A stretch of DNA of 64,000 nt from NCBI GenBank assembly GCA_951406725.2, contig OX597814.1, positions 51,274,001-51,338,000 of the forward strand. The letters are read 5' to 3'. Numbering within the stretch: the stretch's first letter is position 1; the number at the start of each line of letters is the position of its first letter. Origin of the DNA: Octopus vulgaris (Eukaryota). Positions 41,445 to 54,887 of the stretch are shown here, piece after piece. Under the pieces are notes generated by a model. It saw nothing but the letters and a program-made list of their open reading frames with translations. It had not been told where the DNA came from and searched no databases. A program made the position numbers and the translations under genes.

Positions 41445-41663
41445 ATATATAGAAAATAGTAAAAAGTGAAAAAACTACAGAAGGCTTGTTTTAAAAGGTT
41501 AAAAAATATATATTTGAGTCAATATGTCTGAAGAATATTATAAATGTCATTGTAAGAAAAAAATTTATAATATTCTTCAGACATATTGACTCAAATATAT
41601 ATTTTTTAACCTTTTAAAACAAGCCTTCTGTAGTTTTTTCACTTTTTACTATTTTCTATATAT
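41445..41663. repeat. Perfect 101-bp inverted repeat with 17-nt spacer
   Basis: 41445-41545 is the reverse complement of 41563-41663. Confidence 0.92.
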
Positions 41664-41669
41664 ATAAAA

Positions 41670-42160
41670 CAAATCAAAATAGATGAACATCAATGGAATT
41701 TGTATCTTTGTGGTACCAGTGCCGGTGGCACATAAGAAAACCATCCGAACGTGGCCGTAGCCAGTACCGCATCGACTGGCCTCCGTGCTGTGGGCATGTA
41801 ACAAACACCATCCGATCGTGGCTGTTCGCCAGCCTCATCTGGCACCTGTGTCGGTGGCACATAAAAACACCATCCGAGCGTGGCCGTCTGCCAGCCTCGT
41901 CTGGCACCTGTGTTGGTGGCACATAAAAAACACCATCCGAGCGTGGCCGTTCGCCAGCCTCGTCTGGCACCTGTGTCGGTGGCACATAAAATCACCCACT
42001 ACACTCTCGGAGTGGTTGGCGTTAGGAAGGGCATCCAGCTGTAGAAACACTGCCAGATCTGACTGGCCTGGTGCAGCCTTCGGGCTCCCCAGACCCCAGT
42101 TGAACCGTCCAACCCATGCTAGCATGGAAAGCGGACGTTAAATGATGATGATGATGATGA
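41670..42160 (+). mobile_element. RTE LINE 3' UTR with ~58-bp internal repeats and (ATG)n tail
   Basis: Near-identical inverse of 13201-13640. Confidence 0.85.
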
Positions 42161-42216
42161 TATATATATATATATATATACAAATATATAAATATATAGA
42201 TATATATATATATACA

Positions 42217-42337
<121 letters not shown>

Positions 42338-42339
42338 AC

Positions 42340-42377
<38 letters not shown>

Positions 42378-42682
42378 GAAACACACTTTGAGTCGAACCA
42401 GCGACAGCTGATGAAGGCGAATTTTCCTTGTATTGTTTGTCCTGTACTCTGTTTTTTCGTTGTTTAAAAAAAGTCTGTTTCCTTGTTTGATTTTATGTTC
42501 TCGTCTCTCGTTGTGTTCTACGTTTATTTGTGGTGTCCTGTACTCATATATATATATATGTATGCATGTATATATACATGTAAGTATGTACATATATGTA
42601 TGTTTATATGCATATATTTTATTTATTAATTATATTACTATATGACCGAACGCACGCATTATTTCTCTATTTCTCTTCTCCA

Positions 42683-42766
<84 letters not shown>

Positions 42767-42799
42767 AAGATATAAATATATATACATATATATATATAT

Positions 42800-43050
42800 C
42801 ATCATCATCATCGTTTAATGTCCGTTTTCCATGCTAACATGGTTCAGCCGGGGTCTGGGAAGTCAGGAGGCTGCACCAGGCTCGAGTCTGATCTGGCAGT
42901 ATTTCTACAGCTGGATGCCCTTCCTAACACCAACCACTCTGTGAGTGTAGTGGGTGCTTTTTATGCGCCACTGACACAGGGTCCAGAGGAGGCTGGCAAC
43001 GACTACGATCAGTTTGTGCTTTTTACATGCCACCGGCCCGGATGCTAGTC
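42800..43050 (-). mobile_element. RTE LINE 3' end fragment
   Basis: (cat)n tail and the shared 3' UTR motifs. Confidence 0.75.
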
Positions 43051-43278
43051 AAGATATATATATATATATACAAATTGAGATAGGGGTTGTAAGTGCAACC
43101 CACCATGGGATAACATAGTACTTATTGTATCATATTACTCTTTCATGTACATTGTTTTGTTCTATATTATTATGTTTGACCTTAATGTTCATATGTAGTG
43201 GTTTAATAAATTATGTGATTGGGTATTATCTGGTAGTTGATCATTGATTAAGATGTGTTTCTCCATTTTCTTATTTTG

Positions 43279-43317
<39 letters not shown>

Positions 43318-43602
43318 TATATATATTTATATATAGAAAGATGAATAATCTTGTTGCAGATTAATCAAAAGTTTAACCGATACCTTGGTAGCAAAAATCA
43401 CGGTTGGAGGTACAACCATATGGTGTTGCAACCGTGCGTTGGTGCGGATAATTGAATTTTAATATTATTAGTGAATTGAAGAAATGGAGTTGAACGAAGA
43501 TTGAACAGAAATCCTTTTATTGTTTATATGCATATATTTTATTTATTAATTATATTACTATATGACCGAACGCACACGTTATTTCTCTATTTCTCTTCTC
43601 CA

Positions 43603-43644
<42 letters not shown>

Positions 43645-43746
43645 AAGATATAAATATATACATATATATATATATCATCATCATCATCGTTTAATGTCCG
43701 TTTTCCATGCTATCCTGTTCTGTTTTTGTTCTGCCAACGGAATTCC

Positions 43747-43839
43747 TATTTCTTCCTGAAGAGAAAGACACAATATGGTCTCCTTATTCAATCGGAATTT
43801 GGTAAATTGTGGCTTTCGAAACACGTGTAGAATGCAATA
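43747..43839 (+). ncRNA. Type I hammerhead ribozyme motif
   Basis: CTGAAGA (43756), stem II gaaag/ctttc plus cacaat/attgtg, GAAA, palindromic cacgtg stem III, GTA triplet; imperfect stem I ttc/gaa. Confidence 0.62.
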
Positions 43840-44136
43840 AAAGGATTTCTGTTCAATCTTCGTTCAACTCCATTTCTTCAATTCACTAATAATATTATAT
43901 TTATATATATATATTTATATACATATATAATTTCACCTTTTTATTATTATTGAAATATAGTTTACTCCCTGATCAAAAACTGCAGTTTCTCTGGGATTAC
44001 TCGTAACATATGTGGATAAATACATGTTCACATTCGGCTGTATATTTTTGGAAGTGTTGGTTGAATATTGGTTATTCAATGGTGTTTGATCGCATACATA
44101 TTTAATCCTAACACTCTCAAATTTATATTTCGAAAT

Positions 44137-44204
44137 GCTGCACTGAAGATGAGAAATAAGTAAGTAAATATAACTTTACTTTAATCTCGAAATGCATATG
44201 TAGC
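44137..44204 (+). ncRNA. Minimal type I hammerhead ribozyme motif (extra-U core variant)
   Basis: Stem I gctgca/tgtagc, CTGAAGA plus extra T, stem II gaga/tctc, GAAA, palindromic tgca in place of stem III, ATA triplet (cut after 44198). Confidence 0.62.
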
Positions 44205-44359
44205 TAATCTGAGGTGTGTAGATTCATTATTTTTTTCTTCTTGCCTCCGTAAAAAAGTGTGTTACTGTCTGGGAGATCTTTATGGTAGCAGAAAAGGCAT
44301 TTTAACCCCTATTTCTAAATTCGGTGCATGGCGAAGCAATTATGTTTGTAATTATAGAA

Positions 44360-44409
<50 letters not shown>

Positions 44410-45151
44410 AATACATACATACATACATACATATATATACAAACATGTATATAAATACATAGTGAAACTAATAGAAATGAAACTAATATACATATATATA
44501 CATAGTGAAAGTAATTGAAATTGAAACCATATAATAGTGAAACTATTATATAACTTTACAATAGAGATGTTACTGTTTCACTTTTGACATGTGTACGTAT
44601 ATGTTTTGATGTGTAAGAGATAAGAGATTCCATCAGGATCGCATTAGGCAAGAAGTTGAAAATTTTTTGGTTCCATATCACTGCATGGACTCTAATTAAG
44701 GCTTGTGTAAAATTTGAATGAAATCAGATGGGTAGTTCTCAAGGTTTAGTGATGCATGCATACATACAGACAGACATACATTCTCAGTTTTATATATACA
44801 GATTACTGAACCATAATTACTGGTATCGTATTTCTTGGAATTTTATTCTTCTGTTAGCATTCTGTGTTCATCTTGGCATTGTCTGAAAGTTGAAATGTGA
44901 CAACCAAACACAGACAATAAAGAAAATGTGTCTTCTCACTCATTATTAATAACACTATTCAATGTTTAATCCCAGGTCAGCTTTAAATGACGAAATCTAT
45001 GCTCAATTGTGACATCATGCCTATTTTTAATTTTAGAAGGCTGCATTTCCAATGTGTCTTTTTCATTTTAACTCTTTGCAAATGGGAAGTAGTACTGACT
45101 GCACCGAAACACTGCGCGTGTGAGCAGTGCAATGTCTCACTCTGTGTGGCA

Positions 45152-45350
45152 CTCATCATCATCATCATCATCATTTAACATCCGCTTTCCACGCTAGCAT
45201 AGGTTGAATGGTTTCACTGAGGACTGGCAAGCCAGGAGGCTGCACCAGGCTCCAATCTGATCTGACAAGGTTTCTACAGCCGGATGCCCTTCCTAACATT
45301 GACCACTCCAAGGGTGTAGTGGGTGCATTTTACATGGCACCAGCATGGCA
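45152..45350 (-). mobile_element. RTE LINE 3' end fragment
   Basis: (cat)n tail and the shared motifs. Confidence 0.7.
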
Positions 45351-46863
45351 CTATTTTCAAGTATACCACACTGAGAAGAATCCATAAATACACTGTAAAA
45401 TTCCTTGTCTGAAAAATTATGTAGTTACTGAATGGCTTAATACTGGTACACAGCACAGACTGTCAGTACTAAATCCATCTGCAAGGGGTTAAGATTGTAA
45501 AATATGAGTGCAGAGTGATTTGGCTGGTCAAGCTATCACATAAAAGACTTGATCATTCCCTTGCTATTCAAAGGTTGTGTCAATTTTGTGATTAGTTATT
45601 GACCTACTAATGTAGTATCTGTTAAAAACATCATTTCTGTTCATTTTCAGAACTTCTTAACCTTTCTGCTTTAAGCTGTACACCATTTTCATCTCTGCTT
45701 GCCTAACTTCCTGTCTCACATTACTAATCAACAGCTGCCTGTTTCATTTTCACTCTCTCTCTCTTTGCCCCTTTTATTTTGTCAAATTTCCCCCTGTCTA
45801 TCTGCTTATCCACTTCTCTTATATTTTCTCCCTTAACACTGCTACTGCTTTCTTCAGCAACATTATTTTATCATGTTATCTCTCTAATTCGCCCTCTCTG
45901 TTACTTTCTGCTCTTACCTGTATCCTTTTCTCAGTTACTCTTTCTTCTGTCCCTCCCTATACTTCATTGTCTGCTTATGTCTCTGTCTTGCTTGATGATC
46001 TCTCCTTCTCTCTCTCTCTTGCACCTATCTATTTATCTATGTGCTCCAACTCCCTTTATAATACTTTCTTTCTCTCTTTCACCCTTAGCAACACAAATTT
46101 TTTCTTCTACATTCCTATAATATGACAGAAGAGTGAACCGGTAAATAAAAAAAATTGACACATTACTTAACCTATTAACCTAGTGATCCATATTCTTTAG
46201 TCTACTGCCCTTTTTACACTAGTGTTATCTTTACAGCTTTATGCAGAAGCATGAATCAATTCCCACTATATAAGAAATTTTAGATGTAACCCCAATAGAT
46301 TCCCTCCTTCATAATCCTATAACTCCTGAGTAATTGACGCCTCCTGGTGTCAATTTTGGGAATTATTAACTAAACTCTTTAGCATTCAGACTACTCTGTC
46401 AAATGCAATCTTATTTATTCACATAGTTTTGAATTAGTCATGTATTATTTCATAGCTTTAAGAGTTCAATGTGATTTTTTAGTTTTAGAGTGACATTGTA
46501 GAAGAGGTGTGAGAAGCCAAATCTAACTGGTTTGAACACAAAACAGGTATTTTAGTTTGGCAAGATATGGGTGGTTTAAATGCTACAGGGTTAAGCAAGC
46601 TCTGCATGATTGCCAGTAAATATAATTTGTCTTCTGTTTCCAATTGTCTCCATTAAACTATTGAAATTCAGAATCTATATATCTGTGTGAGTGTACCGAG
46701 AATTTTGCTAAAACAGTCCATAGTGGTGGTGGTGCAAAAGTGTTTGGACAAATGAGCTCTTAAATAGAAGCCCTTTTGCTTAAAATAACTTCCAGTATAT
46801 TTCTGGACTTTGAAACATTCAAAATTGAATGATGTTGTTGATCCTTTTAACAACAAGGTGAAA

Positions 46864-47070
46864 TATGAGGGAATGCTGAAAAGTTCCAGGCATTAAGGGT
46901 ATTGCAAAAGGCTTGGTTGAGGCTTAACCTTCCCAGTTCTTTTAGAAAAACTGGAGGAACACTGCAATAAGTGTATAAATCTGAGAGGGGAATATGTTGA
47001 ATAAGATCATTATTAACTGATCCTCCTGTATTTTCTTTTACCCAAGGTCAGGAACGTTTTAGCACTCACT
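46864..47070 (+). mobile_element. Mariner-derived MITE (internal deletion derivative)
   Basis: TIR-like gagggaatgctgaaaagttcc / ggaacgttttagcactcactc; internal remnant LEEHCNKCINLRGEYVE* resembles a mariner transposase C-terminus. Confidence 0.7.
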
Positions 47071-47491
47071 CACAATTACCAACCATTCACAAAAAAAGAC
47101 AATCTACATAGGAAGTGAGAATGAGAAAGGAGCTGAAAAATATAGAAAAGAGTAAACTCAACAAAGCTAGATATTGATAAAGAGTGAAAAAGAGAATAAG
47201 AGAAACACATTGAAAAAAAAAGAAAAAGAAAAGAGAGTGTAAGGAAATGAAAAAGAAAATGAAAGGTTGTGACAGAGAGTGAAAGAAAAAAGGAGTGAAA
47301 CATTGATAGTCATAGAGCATATCTGTTTATTTCTTCTTCCCCCATGCTCATAGATTTTACCTGTGCTCAGTCTTTTTAATAGCAAAAGCAGCAAGAATGT
47401 GCAACATTGAATCCATTATATATTAGCATATGTGTGTGCTTTTTTGTATGAGTCAACCATATATATATATATATATTTATATATATGCACA

Positions 47492-48332
47492 CAGAGTGCA
47501 GTGAATAAACTGTTGTGTAAATTACGCAAAATGAAAATAACACTGACATCTCATTTTAACAGATATATTACAAAAATTATATAAAAATATCATGAAATAC
47601 TAAAGAGTAAATTTATTCAATAAAATCGCTTTCGGCTTCAACCATGGCCCCCAGCTGACTTCAGAATCTCCTGCAACTTTTCTGGACAGTCTCCTTGTTT
47701 AAGTTGGTGAATGCTACCATAATCTTGCCTGTCTTTCACTCAACTGCACCCCACACATAATAATCAAGGGGGTTGCAGTCCAGGAAGTTAGGTGGCCAGA
47801 TGTTAGGGGTGATGTGGTCGCAGAAATTGTCTGACAGCCATGATTGGGTTCTGCTGCTTGTGTGGCATGGTGCACAGTCCTGTTGCCAGACATAGGGTCT
47901 TCCAGCAGCCACCCTCTTCATCCAGGATAGCACTACCTCCTCCAGGCACTTGATGTAGGCTTCTGTGTTGAGTCTGAGGTCATGTGGAAAGATGAATGGA
48001 GGCATAACATCGCCATCACTAGTGATCACTCAAAACATCATGATACTGGCTGGATGTTTGATTTTTATCACTCAGTACATGTCCTCAGATTGCACTGCCC
48101 TCAGATTGGCATCCAAAACACTCTGAAATTAGAGCTTCTGGCATGAATGCCAAGCAGTACAGCATGTCATTTCCAAATTTCTGGCAGAGTGAACTGCGTC
48201 ATGGTGCTATTTTTCTCACAGATGGTGCCCAACTAACCCTACTATACTATGTAGTTCTCAAAATCAAAACAAACAATGCACATGTGCAAAATTAAAAATA
48301 TTAAATGGCGACAATTTACCCATCGCACCCTG
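47492..48332 (-). mobile_element. Decayed Tc1/mariner-superfamily transposon, DD37D (maT) type
   Basis: ORF 47736..48029 contains QQDCAPCH...WPPNFLDCNPLDYYVW with 37 residues between the 2nd and 3rd catalytic D. Degenerate TIRs cagagtgc.../...gcaccctg, with TA at the right flank. Confidence 0.85.
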
Positions 48333-48749
48333 TAATTATACACATACACACGCTCCCTCCTCAGTAGGGGTCTGTGCTTCATCCCCCTCACTCCACCCAG
48401 CAATGAATTTTGGACTCATGCCGATATCCACAGCTTTGTGCACCACATTAGGTTGTGTGCGCTTTTCTGCGACACTCCACCTGCATATCATGAGGAAGAC
48501 TGCTTCACCAACCTGGGCCACTGACCATCCCAGTGGATGCCAGCTCCTGGCCAGTTCCAAGCAGTCGATCCAGCCACATTATCATGTCTCCTTTTGTAGT
48601 GCTTTTGGGCCAGTCACATGTGAGATTACCTCATTTTTACTGCCATACATCCTACAAAGGCATGATTCACTGCTCTTATCTATTTGGACCAATTGTAATT
48701 TGATATATACATTTATGGGGCCATAGTAGAAGACAAGTGATTGAGACCT

Positions 48750-49028
48750 TGGGTGATTTGCTGTGCTTGAGAAGACACGTTGCGTGAAATTGTAGTTGTG
48801 GCCAGTGCCAGTGATACATAAACTATGCCATTGATGCACAAAAGTCATCTGTACTAGTGACACATAAAAGACAGCCATGCCAGTGACACATAAAAAGCAC
48901 CCACTATACTCTTGGAGTGGTTGGCATTATGAAGGGCATCCAGCTGTAGAAACCAAGCCAAATCAGACTGGAGCCTGGTACGGCTCTCCAGTTTACCAGT
49001 CCCAGTCAAACTCATGCCAGCATGGAAA

Positions 49029-49074
<46 letters not shown>

Positions 49075-49075
49075 C
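48750..49075 (+). mobile_element. RTE LINE 3' end with long (ATG)n tail
   Basis: gaagggcatccagctgtagaaac...catggaaaatgatgatg. Confidence 0.75.
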
Positions 49076-50003
49076 GACAACGAGGGCTATAGTAGGAGAC
49101 ATTTGATCAAGGTGCCACTGAACCTGAAACAATGTGATTGGAAATTATCTTGTCTCAGGACAAATTGGTTTTAAAACAGAAATCTGAATTACTGAACTAT
49201 TGTGGATAGACTTCAAAATTTTTTGGTTTCACTGAGCAATCAGTGTATATAACCATTTCTCCCTACTGTTTTTATCATTATTACTTGACCTTTTATTAAT
49301 TTCTGACCATCACATTCGATCTTTATACATTTTTTTACAGTTTTTACATAATATGGCTTTTCATCACTCAAGTTATAGGTTATATATATGGTTTTGCCCT
49401 TAATAGTAATATAAAGAATTTTATATTACTCCAGCTTGAATTTATTACACTGATTTTGTATTGATGCTGTTTTTTGTTTGTTTTTTTCCTTTTTCAGTGT
49501 CCTTGCATATTTGCTTTCCACACTATCACTTTCTGTTGAAATTGTATTTGCCTGATCATCCCACGTGTGTGTGCATGTGATTATCCAGTCTGTATGTCTG
49601 CATAACATACTTTATTGTACTTTAAACGCCTATGAATAAATTACATAATATAGAATATAATATCAGTTTCTCTGATATAACCATGCTAAATGTGAGTAAT
49701 AGAACTGCAAATAATGTCTCCTTGTTTTATGTTTTTTTTGTGTTTTTTTTCTCCATGTAACATAAGAGAAAGTGGAGCACACAAAATTGTGTATATGACG
49801 TACCAAGGCAGAGTCAAAGAAATAATATTTCCTAACTAAATATTCTGAGAAACATGACTGCAATAGTGGATTCAAATTTTAATAGGATAAACTATGATAA
49901 ACTTTTCAGCTTCTAAAACTACGATTTACAGGTATATATGTGCGTGTGTGTGTGTGTGTGTGTATAAAATATGTGTGCATGTGCATATATATATGTATGT
50001 ATG

Positions 50004-50055
<52 letters not shown>

Positions 50056-50167
50056 AGTTTCGCCATGGGAGTTTCGCCATGGGCTCTTAGGAGCATAGTT
50101 CGATTTGTTTTTGCTCCGCCTCTGTTCTGTTTTTGTTTTTGTTTTTGTTTTTCCAACGGATTTCCTA

Positions 50168-50258
50168 TTTTCTTCCTGAAGAGAAAGACACAATATGGTC
50201 CCATTATTCCATCGGATTTTGGTAATTTGTGCCTTTCGAAACACGTGTAGAATGAAAT
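50168..50258 (+). ncRNA. Type I hammerhead ribozyme motif (paralog of 43747-43839)
   Basis: CTGAAGA (50176), stem II gaaag/ctttc, GAAA (50238), cacgtg, GTA triplet, stem I tttcttc/gaatgaaa with one bulge. Confidence 0.65.
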
Positions 50259-50314
50259 AAAACGATTTCTGTTCAATCTGCGTTCAGCTCCATTTCTTCA
50301 ATTCACCAATAATG

Positions 50315-50315
<1 letters not shown>

Positions 50316-50386
<71 letters not shown>

Positions 50387-50441
50387 GTATGTGCATATAT
50401 ATGTGTGTGTGTGTGTATGTATATATATATATGTGTGTGTG

Positions 50442-50472
<31 letters not shown>

Positions 50473-50549
50473 ATATATATATGTGTGTGTGTGTGTATGT
50501 ATATATATGTGTGTGTGTGTGTATGTATATATATATATGTGTATATATG

Positions 50550-50580
<31 letters not shown>

Positions 50581-50600
50581 ATGTATATATGTGTATGTAT
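50316..50600. repeat. Compound TA/TG microsatellite
   Basis: Low-complexity tract. Confidence 0.95.
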
Positions 50601-52159
50601 CAGTGGTCACACTGATTCTGCCTAAGAGTATATGTGTCTAGGTCTCTCAGTCACGTGCATGCTAATGATCAACCATTGAAAGGCACCACTTAGATATATA
50701 TTGACAGTGGAATAAATAAAAGAAGACCATTAATTCTTATTCAGATATGATTTCATTTCTTTCAGAGGGTTAAATTTTCATCTTGATATCAACTTTACTA
50801 ATACATAATAACTAGAGCCTATAAGGTGGCGAATTTAGCTGGTAACATTGGTCCAGGGGTGAGACCATGGAGGGACCTGTGACTATCTTCTGGGTCCTTC
50901 CTTAGAAAGAAAAAAAACTTTACAACCCTTTGAAACTTAAGAGGACTTCCCCTTTCGGAACCTGAAGATATCTTGTTTTGCTTCCTCAGTTTTCTCTCCA
51001 AAGCCCTGCTTCAACTCCTTCAACTCACTGATTTGGGCCCTTTTATTTAAATACTTTGATTATGATTGATAGTGATTGTGAGTGTATACATATTTCATTG
51101 TTAATCTACCTGACCTTTCAATTTAAGAGAGTTGCCCCAGCATGGCCGTGGCCTTCAGGCTAAAACATTTTTAAGGATTTAAGGATTTATATCATTGCTG
51201 TAATAATGGTTAATTTTTCCCTATAGCTTAGTCAGAGGAGGAAGAGTATTATCTATGGCTGTTGCATGGTCCATGAAGTTTGTGGAATAAAATAATTCAT
51301 AGGTTGCTGCAGTAGGAAAAAACAAATCAAGAAATCAAGATATTCTCAGGTTGGACACTTGGTTTGAATGCTTGCAACAGAGCATATTCCACTTAAGAAA
51401 ACCTGAGGCTAAAGCTAAACAGGGTGATGCATAAGGATTAGAACCACCATCCAAGAAAAGATAAAGACTACTTCTGCCCAGTTCTATCTATCCACTTTCA
51501 CTCACACACCTTAAGTTGACCTAATACTATGTATTTATTGTATTGCACAGAGGGATAAAACTTAGAATCACATGATTGTAAAGTAAAGCAATCATACAGT
51601 CATGCCCGTATGCGTCTTACGTAATCAAAAGCAAACACATTTTTCGCATATCTTTCTAAAGTTAACCTATGGTAGAGTAAGTACAATGCTACTGATTTCA
51701 TGCAATATAATCAAGAATAAGTCAGTCTGACAAAGCTCCTATTTCTTATTACATTTCTGCAGCCGCCTAATATATTTTGTCCCATTTTAAGTAACCAAGC
51801 GATTTGTAAACAAGTTTCAAAACTTATCTTTGTTCGGAGAAGTGAAACTCACATGGCGTAACATGCGTGAACTATTTTGACAAGAGTATGACTAACAATA
51901 ATGCTTCATGCTGATTTATAACTGAAAGCTTTGACAAATGAATGACAAAATCGAAAGCAACAGTCTTTCAAATGAAACGTTGCCCTACATTTTAAAAAGT
52001 ATAAAGGCGAGTACTTTATTTTAAATTGGTAATGCTAATATATGAAAATAATTTGTCAACTGCCATTTCAGGGAATTCGATAAAATAGCTCCAGAATAAA
52101 CATGAATGAAATACAAAAGTAATTGGTATTGACTTGTATTGGTGGTTGTGTTTCTTAGA

Positions 52160-52510
52160 AAGTTGATTTTGGAGTTAGGTTTAGAGTTAGGGTTAGTTAG
52201 GGTTAGGGTTAGGGGTGGAGGAAGGGTATCTTTTTTTCTTCAGAAATGTAAATAAACCCAATCTGTTTCTTAAACGAGGGACATTTTCATATGGCACAGA
52301 ATGTTTTCACTCCAATAGACGTCATTGATTGGTTGAAATTGCAGAAATTGAAGAAAAAAGAACAAATATCTTACAAACTATAGCATTTTCTCAATAAAGC
52401 CAAGAGAAAAAGATGTTTTATAAACACATTCTACCAGTATGCGAAGTTTAAAAGTGTTTAGTTACGTGGAAATTATTTTAAAAAACTGCCGTTCAAACCG
52501 AAAAGATCCA
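52160..52510 (-). mobile_element. Non-autonomous element with TTAGGG-like internal repeats (Helentron/Helitron-associated type, tentative)
   Basis: ttagggttagttagggttagggttagggg at ~52186-52215 and the terminal aaaactgccgttcaaaccgaaaagatcc. Confidence 0.45.
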
Positions 52511-54214
52511 TACTTTTTTGTAGAACTTCTGTCTGGGTTGGAGATAATTTATACCAGCTTTGATTTACGCAAGCGTAATTAACTAGACTGGTAATAACAT
52601 GATGAGAAGCAATGATGAACATTAAATTATGCAAAGAGTCCAGTTTAGAGTTTAATGGTTGGAGAAGATATGGTTCGAAGTTGTTTAGCCTTATCCTGCT
52701 TCAATCACATATATGATCAAAGGGTCTGACCACCCCTATTTTTGGGTATTGTATATCTAGGATTACATTATCCAATGCGGCTCCCTTTTCATGACGGCAG
52801 GATGTAATTTGGGGAAGATTTGACTGTTATGTCTAGCAGATCAAATAACTTTGTGGAAGCTCCCTCTTGTTTTGCAATTGAAATGACAAGTGATTAAACG
52901 TAGATGGCCTTATCACTGAGTACCATTTGCTCTCAGCCGTTTCAATACCATGGAATACCATTTTGGTTTTTCTTGTTTTTGACCTTTCATATTCACTGTA
53001 TTTCAAACCTGTCCAGTTCTTGAAATTAATTCTTGGTTTTTCTCTTTCCTTTCTACATTCATTTTACCTTCTAACAGTTTGTGTAAACCATTTTCCCTGT
53101 CTCCAAAACATTTTTGGTTTGTTTTTTGGATTTTTTTTTTCATGCGGGTGTCTCATAAAATTTTCCTAGTTTTTACCATTTTTAGTATTCCATCATTGCT
53201 TTTATGTTCTGTCTACGATATCTTAAAAAAGAATATCACTGTCAGGATTCTATATGCCTGTATTTCATTTACAATCTCTTTGATAGTATTTTTTTTTTAC
53301 TTATGTCCGCGTTTCACCTCTGATATAGTAGAGTAGACCTTAACATTTTAATGATCACACCAGACAAAAAAATTAGTGGCATTTCTTCTGACTTTAGTTC
53401 AAATTCCACCAAGGTTTTTTTTATATATTTTTCATCGTTTTGGAGTCGACACAATAAAGTACCAGTCAAGTACTAGGGACGATATAATCGACTATCCCCC
53501 TTCCCACGTTTCAGGCCTTATGCTTATATTAAAGATATTAATGCTGTCTGATGTTAATACGTTAGATATTTACTTCAGATGGTTTAGTAGCTCTGTGAAT
53601 CCATCTCAGTTCACCATGTAAGAATATTTTACAAGAACATGATAAACCAACGATTGTTGCTCTGTATATTTTGAATATTTAATGTCTTTATCACAGAAAC
53701 TTAGAACGGTCGTATCTTGTTTGACACAAAATAGTCATGAATAACAAGCAAGATGATTATGAAACAATGAATATCTTGGTGAAAAGAAAATACACATCAA
53801 GAGATAAAAAAAAAATTAACAAAGGAAACCTCTATACGGTCGTTTTATTCGTTAGAAATACCAGTCGAGTTTCCCTCCAATCACTCATCTTATCATAAGA
53901 AGACTAAATTAGATAATGTAGATAGATTCTGCAATATATAAAGATGGAATAGTTATGATTAGAACACTATTGGTCATTGGTCTACTCAGTCAGGACTTAA
54001 CTGGGATTAAACAACAAATGCAAACATGGGGGGAGGGTAAGTCGTCTAAGAGTCTAAATTGGGACTCGAAGGTTCATGAAACCTGCGGAGTATCTCCTCC
54101 CATTACAATTATTTTCTGTAGTCTTAGAATCTGGAACTCAAAAGAAGAAGCTTACAAGTGGATGCAATTCAATGGTTGTTTATTTAGTTCTCATTCATGG
54201 GCTTCGCTCCCGGC

Positions 54215-54465
54215 GACCATTTATCTTCCCACATGGGCTCAGACTCAACATGGAAGCCTACATCATGTCCCTGGAGGAGGTAGTGCTGACCTGGGTCAAG
54301 AGGGTGGCTGCTAGTAGACCCTGTCTGGCAACAGGACTCTGCACCATGCCACACAAGCAGGAGAACCCAGTTATGGCTGTCAGACACTTTCTGTGACCAC
54401 ATCACCTCTAACATCTGGCCACCTAACTCCTCAGACTGCAAACCCTTTCAATTATTATGTGTGGG
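54215..54465 (+). mobile_element. Second DD37D/maT transposase fragment
   Basis: Reverse-complement similarity to 47750-48000 (PFIFPHGLRLNMEAYI...). Confidence 0.8.
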
Positions 54466-54798
54466 CAGGGCCGGCTCAAGGTACCGGCAACTCGGGCAAT
54501 TGCATGGGGCACCATGTGCTACTAGGCACCAAGGAGGGTGTGACAAAGATGTGGAAATTTCCACGGCTGTCAGCTTGTACACACCCAAGTTCAGCTAGCC
54601 CAGGGTGTCAGCAACTCGGTGTGTACAAGCTAAGCAAGAGCACACACAAACACAGAAAGTGTCTCTGAAGAAGTCACAGTTGTGTGACAAAAGATTTCCA
54701 GACAATGGACATGAGTTAAAATAAGAACAGTAATAAACGAGTGATGAACGAATATATAGTGCATGTGTTTATTTGATAAAGAATTACCATTCGGAAAT

Positions 54799-54845
<47 letters not shown>

Positions 54846-54887
54846 CTAGTGAAGGCTGGTTTATAGGGTTACCCTGGGTTTCTCACA

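Noticed and set aside
44560-44640. Additional hammerhead-like fragments (CTGATGG...GAAAC on - here; also 42377-42420 and 50055-50095)
   Set aside because: Stems or core are incomplete, so I cannot support them as ribozymes.
52176-52215. TTAGGG repeats as an interstitial telomere
   Set aside because: Only a few degenerate units, embedded in a dispersed-repeat-like element.
53580-53617. Possible plus-strand exon (AG...GTAAGA); similar isolated candidates at ~33515 (+) and ~36300-36585 (-)
   Set aside because: Isolated splice-like signals with no recognisable protein and no phase-linked partner exons.
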